Below, piece by piece: positions 58,206 to 64,000 of a stretch of DNA of 64,000 nucleotides. This DNA is from Polyangiaceae bacterium. GTDB lineage: Bacteria > Myxococcota_A > Polyangia > Polyangiales > Polyangiaceae. The stretch lies in contig JBILLK010000015.1 of assembly GCA_044376115.1 (NCBI GenBank), positions 168,423 to 232,422 on the forward strand. The letters run 5' to 3'. Numbering within the stretch: position 1 is the stretch's first letter; each line of letters starts with the position of its first letter. The notes beneath the pieces are model-generated. The model made no database searches and was not told the origin of the DNA. It worked only from the letters and a program-made list of their open reading frames with translations. The position numbers and the translations under genes were made by a program.

Positions 58206-58382
58206 GTTTAGCGTTGGTCAATAGCAGCGACTAGAACGATTTTTTCAGATTCGAGGGGGTCGCAGGCCATAAACATTATGAGAGGCAGAGGATGCAAAGC
58301 CCAGCGTGCATGGTGCGCGCGAGGTGGGGCAGCCCGTCTCTGCGCGCACCATGAGGATGCCGCTCGCCAAGGAGATAGCTCC

Positions 58383-59288
58383 ATGACTATGACAGGCTTG
58401 TTCCCCACGCCCTCGCTCCCGCCGGTCCCCGAGATGCGCTACCGCCAAGCGCTTGAGACTATGCGAGAGAGGATTCTCGCCGTTCCCGACGCTGAGCTCG
58501 TCAAAGTAGTGGTGGATATTCCGAACGTGGTGGTCACGGTGGCTGCTCACCTGCCGGAGATTCTGACTTTCCGTGAAGAAATGCTTCAGAAGCTCCCGAG
58601 CTTCGACATTGCCATTCTGGATGGCTTGGAGGTGTTGCGGCTGGCCCTGGCCCAGACCCACCTTGAATATGTATTAGCCTCTGCGCCAGACCAGAACTTG
58701 CCCAAGATTGGTGAGGAGCTACTGCGCATTCGCGAGATTCTGCTCACCGACTTCACGGCTGCTTCCAAGCGTGGGCTAATCAGTGACGCCAAAATCAGTA
58801 CGCTGAGCGGCAGCGTTGGCTACCGCAATGCGGCGGTGGACATCCTCGCTGTTTGCCAGCACTTTCGTGCCAATTGGGCAATTCTGGACGGCAAGACGGG
58901 CACGTCTCTGGAGGAGCTAACCCGGGCGGAAGATCTGGGCCAACGGATGATGGACCTGCTTGCCGCCAAGGAGCGCGCCAATGCCGCGGTTGGCCCGGCG
59001 TTGGATCTGCGTAACCGCGCGTTGACGCTGTTCGTACAGCAATATGACGAGGTACGCCGGCAGATTGTCTACTTGCGTTGGCACTTTGATGACGCTGACC
59101 GCGTAGCTCCGTCCCCCTACGCGGGGCGAAGCAAACGCAAAAGTGGCAAAGCCGCCAGCAGCGACCAAAACGCCAACGACGAAGACGGAGCAAGTGAAAG
59201 CCCCACCAAAGAAGGACAAACGCAGGCGTCGCCACAGCCGGCTACTCAAGGGATAAGCGGCCTCCCCGGCAGTGATCCGCTGGGCTGA
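58383..59288 (+). CDS. Hypothetical alpha-helical protein with basic/low-complexity C-tail
   Basis: SD AAGGAG before ATG 58383; ...YDEVRRQIVYLRW...APSPYAGRSKRK; 2 nt from the ATPase start. Confidence 0.75.
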   Translation: MTMTGLFPTPSLPPVPEMRYRQALETMRERILAVPDAELVKVVVDIPNVVVTVAAHLPEILTFREEMLQKLPSFDIAILDGLEVLRLALAQTHLEYVLASAPDQNLPKIGEELLRIREILLTDFTAASKRGLISDAKISTLSGSVGYRNAAVDILAVCQHFRANWAILDGKTGTSLEELTRAEDLGQRMMDLLAAKERANAAVGPALDLRNRALTLFVQQYDEVRRQIVYLRWHFDDADRVAPSPYAGRSKRKSGKAASSDQNANDEDGASESPTKEGQTQASPQPATQGISGLPGSDPLG

Positions 59289-59290
59289 TC

Positions 59291-60685
59291 ATGCAGCCCA
59301 CGCTCAAGCTCGGCGTGACGCGTCCGCTTAGTGGGCGCGCCACGATTGAGCCGATGCTCTTGCCCGCCCACCACCTCGTCACTCACGGGGTGGTGCTGGG
59401 TATGACCGGCTCCGGCAAGACCGGCCTTATTACGGTATTGATTGAAGAGGCCACGCGCAACAAGGTGCCCATCCTGGTGATTGACATCAAAGGGGACCTG
59501 CCTAATCTTCTATTGCGCTTTCCCAGCTTTGCCACTGAGCCACTGGTGCCCTGGGTGGAAGGCAATACGCTGGAGGAAGATCCGCTGCCGCTGGCGGAGA
59601 AGCTCGCGACGGAGCGCAAAGTGGGTATCACCGCCTTTGGCCTGAGCGAACAAGACTTGGTGGCCTTTGTGCGGGAAAGCTACGTACGCGTGATCACGCC
59701 GGGTGCAGACGCCGGTGAGCTCTTGCATGTGCTCTCGGCGCTGGAGCGTCGCTCGGGACGCTGGGATACTGACGTAGACGGCGCGCGCTCAGCGCTCTCG
59801 GCCGCGGTATCCCTGGTCTTGCGCCTCTTGGGGCGAGATCCGGATCCGGCCAAGAGTCGCGAGCACGTGTTCCTTTCGCTGTTGGCGGAGCGGCGTTTGC
59901 TGGCCGGTCAGAATGCCGACATCGCCGCGTTGCTAGCGGACGTGGTGGACCCGCCGATCAGCGAGGTGGGTGCGCTGGAGGTGGATGCCTTCTTATCCAA
60001 GAAGGCGCGCAAGGAGCTGGCGGCGGCGCTGAATACCTTATTAGCGTCGCCCAGCTTTGCCAGTTGGCGGCAAGGTGGCACGCTGGACGTCGGCGAGTGG
60101 ATGAAGCCGGTGGTCGAGGCAGACGGCGTGAAGCAATCGCCGATTACCGTGCTGAGCGTGGCGCACTTGGATGATGACGAGCGGGCGCTGGTGCTGGGGT
60201 TGGTGCTCGAGGAGGTGCTGTCTTGGGTGCGTGGTTTGCCGGGTTCGCAACGGCTGCGCGCGCTGTTGGTGTTTGATGAGGTGTACGGCTTTTTGCCGCC
60301 GCACCCGGCGAACCCGCCGACCAAGAAGCCGCTGGTGGCGCTGATGAAACAGGCGCGGGCCTTTGGCGTGGGCGTGGTGATTGCCACGCAAAACCCGATG
60401 GACCTCGACTATCGCTCGCTCTCCAACGCTGGCCTCTGGTGCTTAGGCCGGTTGCAAACCGACGCTGACCGCGCCCGCGTCTTGGACGGTCTCATCAATG
60501 AAGCGCACGTCGGAGCCAGCGCGAGTGAGCTCGATCACCTGCTCAAGAACCTACGCCCGCGTTGGTTTGTAACGCGCAATGCGCATAGCGGCCAGATGGT
60601 GCTGATGCAGCCGCGTTGGGCCATGACCTTTATGCGCGGCCCCATGACGAGAACAGAGATCAAGAAGGCGAGGAGAGGGCCGTGA
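59291..60685 (+). CDS. HerA/FtsK-like P-loop ATPase (DUF87/DUF853-like)
   Basis: HGVVLGMTGSGKT Walker A, IDIKGD, LLVFDE Walker B, QARAFGVG...ATQNP. Confidence 0.85.
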   Translation: MQPTLKLGVTRPLSGRATIEPMLLPAHHLVTHGVVLGMTGSGKTGLITVLIEEATRNKVPILVIDIKGDLPNLLLRFPSFATEPLVPWVEGNTLEEDPLPLAEKLATERKVGITAFGLSEQDLVAFVRESYVRVITPGADAGELLHVLSALERRSGRWDTDVDGARSALSAAVSLVLRLLGRDPDPAKSREHVFLSLLAERRLLAGQNADIAALLADVVDPPISEVGALEVDAFLSKKARKELAAALNTLLASPSFASWRQGGTLDVGEWMKPVVEADGVKQSPITVLSVAHLDDDERALVLGLVLEEVLSWVRGLPGSQRLRALLVFDEVYGFLPPHPANPPTKKPLVALMKQARAFGVGVVIATQNPMDLDYRSLSNAGLWCLGRLQTDADRARVLDGLINEAHVGASASELDHLLKNLRPRWFVTRNAHSGQMVLMQPRWAMTFMRGPMTRTEIKKARRGP

Positions 60686-60728
60686 AGGAGTGCCCTTGGC
60701 ACTGTTGCCCGATTGATTCACCAACCGT

Positions 60729-61604
60729 TTACAGAGCGCCACCCTTCGACCCGCACTGATCCCGTCTCGCGCGCTGCAACTCACTTATCTGCTCAAACTT
60801 ATGGGTATAATGCCGCTTATCGTCAAATCCAGCGTAGTCCAACTTCTCGAGCCCCATCATCTTGCCATCTAATACATTAGTCCCAACAACCGAGATGCTC
60901 CTCAGGTTCGGCAAGTTCCCCAAGAACTCTAGACTTGGAACCGAACCACAACGATTTAGTCTCAGATCAACAAGTGAGCCAGACGCAAATTCACGCAAAT
61001 CATCTATTCTTTTGCAAAGCTCAAGCTCTAAGATCCTGAGGCTTCTGGACTCGGAAGCGCCGCCTAATGCGCGCAGCTTTTGTGCCCGATAGATGCTCAA
61101 TCGTTCAAGCTCGGACAGGTCTCCAATTCCATCGAGCGAAGTCAGACTTGGCCCAATGAGTTCAAGCGACCGTAGCGCAGGAGTATCGGAGAATGCCCTT
61201 AGGTCGGTCGCCTTTAATGCTCCTAAATTTGCTGTGTGCAGATTTGGAAGAGACGGAAGCCGTGTGCCTTCAAACCTCAGGTATGCTTCCTCAAGAGCGG
61301 GAAACGCTTCCAGCCTCGGCTGCCAGGAAGGCCCCGAGATAGCCAGAATGCGCAGGGCCTCCAGCCGCTCGATTCCCGCGAGATCGAACTCTTGGGAAAT
61401 CACGATCACAAGTCCCGTGAGTGCAACTCGCGCAGCTTCCAGCGAGCGAATCAACGGTTCTAAGCTATGTCCAGTGAACCCGTGCAGCGTATTGAGCGAA
61501 AGCGCGTGCGGCTGCTCCTTCATATATCTAGCAACGGCTTCCTCCTCGCATCCGCTAACCACATCAATAATTGTGTGATCACCCCAAGTCCGCTCTTCTG
61601 TCAT
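60729..61604 (-). CDS. Leucine-rich-repeat protein, putative immunity
   Basis: LxxLxL repeats, DG...KRHYTHK C-cap like 44902-45792; 4-bp overlap with the toxin stop. Confidence 0.8.
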   Translation of the reverse strand: MTEERTWGDHTIIDVVSGCEEEAVARYMKEQPHALSLNTLHGFTGHSLEPLIRSLEAARVALTGLVIVISQEFDLAGIERLEALRILAISGPSWQPRLEAFPALEEAYLRFEGTRLPSLPNLHTANLGALKATDLRAFSDTPALRSLELIGPSLTSLDGIGDLSELERLSIYRAQKLRALGGASESRSLRILELELCKRIDDLREFASGSLVDLRLNRCGSVPSLEFLGNLPNLRSISVVGTNVLDGKMMGLEKLDYAGFDDKRHYTHKFEQISELQRARRDQCGSKGGAL

Positions 61605-62764
61605 GGGATCTCTCCGTCCTCGCGCCGATAGTTCTTCCCGGGCTGTTCAATTCTATTGTAGTTGTTGGGGTCTTGTGGGCCACCGTCGGCATCCAATCTT
61701 AGGGATTCTTGCTTAAAGGCGTCTCTCCGGTCCTTAGCTACTGTCCAGTCAGTTGCCACATGCGTGTCCCTATTCTCCCTCGCAACTCGCTTACCTGAAG
61801 CCTCAGATCGCTTCCTTGGACCCTTGCCATGATACCTTTTTCCGCTAGCAAAATGCAGCGTATAAGATCCGGTCGGTTCACGTCCCTTCTTCTTTTTGCA
61901 AGTGAGCCCCAGCGGGTCCCACCACCCCAGCGGCTCATGCACATACCCGTACAGCGCCTCCCCGCCCAGAAGCCCAATCGGGTCTTCGCTGAGGTACCGG
62001 CCTAGCTCGGGGTCGTAGTAGCGATATCGGTTGTAGTAGAGGCCGGTCTCCGCATCTTCGTATTGACCAGGGAAGCGCCAGGGGTTGTCTGTCTGCTCAT
62101 TCTTATCGACGAGGGCGGGCTGTTCTCTTGGTACGCCGTAGATGTCGAGTTGGGCGTGCCAGGCGATTTTGCCGGCTTCTGTCGCTAGGAAGGTGGGGGT
62201 TCCGAGGTGGTCGCTGACGATGCCGTAGCGCTTGCGGCCTTGGATTTTCGCTAATGGTGTGAAGGTGCCGGGTTCTTGGATCCAGGTGGTTAGGGGAAGT
62301 CCTTGGCCGGTCGTTTTGTCGGTGGTTCGTTCATGGATGAGGTCGTCGCCGTCCCAGATGTATTCGGTGATCTTGTCGTCGTAGGACTTGGAGGTTCGGC
62401 GACCGAAGTTGGATATGCCGCCCCCGCGTGCTCGCTCCGCTACGCTTCGCTGTGCTCGCTCCCCCTCCTTAGCCAGGCTTCTCGCTGCGCTCGGCGCGTG
62501 GCTGGAGGGGGCGGCCGCTTGGGCGCTATCGCCATGGCGGGAGGTCCGGCTGCTATTGGCTGAACTTAGCCTTGGCTGTGGCGTTGGGTTAGTACGGGAG
62601 TGGGCTAGTGCCTCGGGAGAGGTTTGGAGCTGCAACCATGCAGGGGAGAGGAGAATGGCGGATTGAGCTATCGCGGCGCTCGCGCTGGCGCTGAATCTCA
62701 CTACGATTGAGACCGCGGCGAGCCAGAGACAGATCTTAGTTCGCACACACGCGGTTGTCCGCAT
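61601..62764 (-). CDS. Short Rhs protein with signal-like leader and GIY-YIG-like toxin tip
   Basis: Rhs core...DPLGL, tip GSYTLHFASGKRYHGKG...R...E...YNRI. Confidence 0.83.
   Translation of the reverse strand: MRTTACVRTKICLWLAAVSIVVRFSASASAAIAQSAILLSPAWLQLQTSPEALAHSRTNPTPQPRLSSANSSRTSRHGDSAQAAAPSSHAPSAARSLAKEGERAQRSVAERARGGGISNFGRRTSKSYDDKITEYIWDGDDLIHERTTDKTTGQGLPLTTWIQEPGTFTPLAKIQGRKRYGIVSDHLGTPTFLATEAGKIAWHAQLDIYGVPREQPALVDKNEQTDNPWRFPGQYEDAETGLYYNRYRYYDPELGRYLSEDPIGLLGGEALYGYVHEPLGWWDPLGLTCKKKKGREPTGSYTLHFASGKRYHGKGPRKRSEASGKRVARENRDTHVATDWTVAKDRRDAFKQESLRLDADGGPQDPNNYNRIEQPGKNYRREDGEIP
62417..62668 (-). repeat. Rhs-leader repeat, copy 4
   Basis: Near-identical to the other three copies. 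Confidence 0.92.
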
Positions 62765-63039
62765 CCAGCTCCCTCTACACTAAACGGAGAACGCGCATCT
62801 TTGCCCCCTGGAAATCGGTGACCTTCGGAAGCCGCTTGGTTCGAGCAAAGACGAACTCATAGTCGGCCTTTTCTAGCCCGACACCCGAGAGCCCGCGGAT
62901 TTGTATAGCGTATTTGCTGGGGCTAAACTGCAGACGATTCCCATCCCCGGGACCTACCCCTCCGGATACCATCCTCGTGCAAACTCGCGTTATCATACTT
63001 GACCGCTATATCTCTGAACTCTTCATGCTGCCGCGGAAC

Positions 63040-63450
63040 TCATCCGCCAGTCGATGGGTCGGCACCATGTGCGAGTAGTATCGACGCCAGCTCCGGTCGG
63101 TTGTGAGCGTGCCGAAGCGCCGTCCAGCCTAATTTGTCGACAGCGTTAACGTTAGCTCCAGCGGTCAGAAGCACACACAGCACGTCGACGGCTCGTGGTT
63201 CAGCCTGCTGAACTGCAAGCATGAGCACGGTCTCCCCCTCTTCATCCTCGGCGAAATTCACGTCGGCTCCCGCGTCGACCAGCTCCTGGACCACGTCCAC
63301 GTTTCCGCGGTTCGCGGCGAGCGCGAGGGCGGTCCAGCCCTCCTCGGAAAGCCCGTTAGGATCGGCTCCCTGTGCCAGAAGATGTCGTACCGACGAGAGG
63401 TCTCCGCGAAAGGCTGCATTTTGCAGCTCGGCATTGTCGTCTATGCTCAT
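63040..63450 (-). CDS. Ankyrin-repeat protein, putative immunity
   Basis: [10 protein letters not shown]...VV..LV.AGADVN repeats; overlaps the toxin stop. Confidence 0.88.
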   Translation of the reverse strand: MSIDDNAELQNAAFRGDLSSVRHLLAQGADPNGLSEEGWTALALAANRGNVDVVQELVDAGADVNFAEDEEGETVLMLAVQQAEPRAVDVLCVLLTAGANVNAVDKLGWTALRHAHNRPELASILLAHGADPSTGG

Positions 63451-64000
63451 TTACATCCCGCTTTGAACTTCTTGTCGAGCTTATTGGCATTCGCATCGAC
63501 CTTGGCGCGCGTAGCCGCATCGGCCGCCTCGTATCGACGCTTCCCCGGCGAGCTTCGGTTCGGAGAGTTGGCGAACTCTCGCGCGTAGCGCGCGTTGTAC
63601 TTCTCCATCATACGATGCTCCACCATAAAGCCCATGTCGTCGTCACCGAAATCCATGTGTGCCCAACTCGTCGCGTTTCCCTTGCCGCCGATTCTCTCCC
63701 GCATCGACTGCATCATTCGGTCAGTGTCGCCCTTACCTACATAGGAAGTGGTGCCGTCCGAGAAGATATAAGTACCGGTGAGACCGAATGGATCCTGGTA
63801 CCACGCGCTGTTGCCAACGTATGCAAAGGACGCGACGCCACCCAGGAGCCCAATCGGGTCTTCACTCAGGTACCGGCCTAGCTCGGGATCGTAATAGCGG
63901 AATCGGTTGTAGTAGAGCCCTGTCTCAGCGTCTTCATACTGGCCGGGGAAGCGCCAGGGGTTGTCGGTCTTGTCCTCTGGGCGAACAGCGGCGCCTTCTT
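63447..64000 (-). CDS. Rhs protein 3' part with GIY-YIG-like tip (5' end beyond the window)
   Basis: Hand translation [45 protein letters not shown]...; core DNA identical to ~46213-46339. Confidence 0.85.
   Translation of the reverse strand, partial: EGAAVRPEDKTDNPWRFPGQYEDAETGLYYNRFRYYDPELGRYLSEDPIGLLGGVASFAYVGNSAWYQDPFGLTGTYIFSDGTTSYVGKGDTDRMMQSMRERIGGKGNATSWAHMDFGDDDMGFMVEHRMMEKYNARYAREFANSPNRSSPGKRRYEAADAATRAKVDANANKLDKKFKAGCK

Noticed and set aside
57576..58224. Short ORFs over the palindrome array (FAGK/LCRQR/LPAK repeats)
   Set aside because: They appear in several frames on both strands and the period is not consistently a multiple of 3, so they are by-products of the DNA repeat.
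62775..62996. 73-aa ORF between the ankyrin gene and the next Rhs gene
   Set aside because: No recognisable motif; may be a cassette remnant but cannot be supported.

Overview
High-GC bacterial DNA with hallmarks of Myxococcota, most like Polyangiaceae (giant TPR protein, MYXO-CTERM and Cys-rich lipoproteins, Ser/Thr kinase-PEGA-PGRS module); this taxonomy is inferred. 1-36 kb is mostly core or secreted-protein genes: a >1,880-aa TPR protein running off the left edge, a Tat esterase, an SDR/DAG-kinase/NSDHL-like lipid cluster, a single-chain xanthine dehydrogenase, a His-phosphatase/PPDK-N lipoprotein/DUF5706/NTT-transporter cluster, and a sigma54-type persulfide-oxidation operon. 36-64 kb is accessory: vgrG remnants coupled to a COMM-domain-like gene, an Rpn-like gene, and two Rhs polymorphic-toxin/immunity arrays (40.3-47.3 kb and 60.7-64 kb). 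In these arrays a ~240-bp repeated leader is fused in frame to progressively shortened Rhs cores. Between the arrays lies a ~13-kb module: DUF559 behind a 34-bp inverted repeat, two sigma70-family factors, kinases, PEGA, duplicated Gly-rich lipoproteins, and a 14-unit phased palindrome array in front of an unknown helical protein and a HerA-like ATPase. All product calls come from motif recognition by eye; no database searches were run. No rRNA, tRNA, cas genes or integrase were seen.
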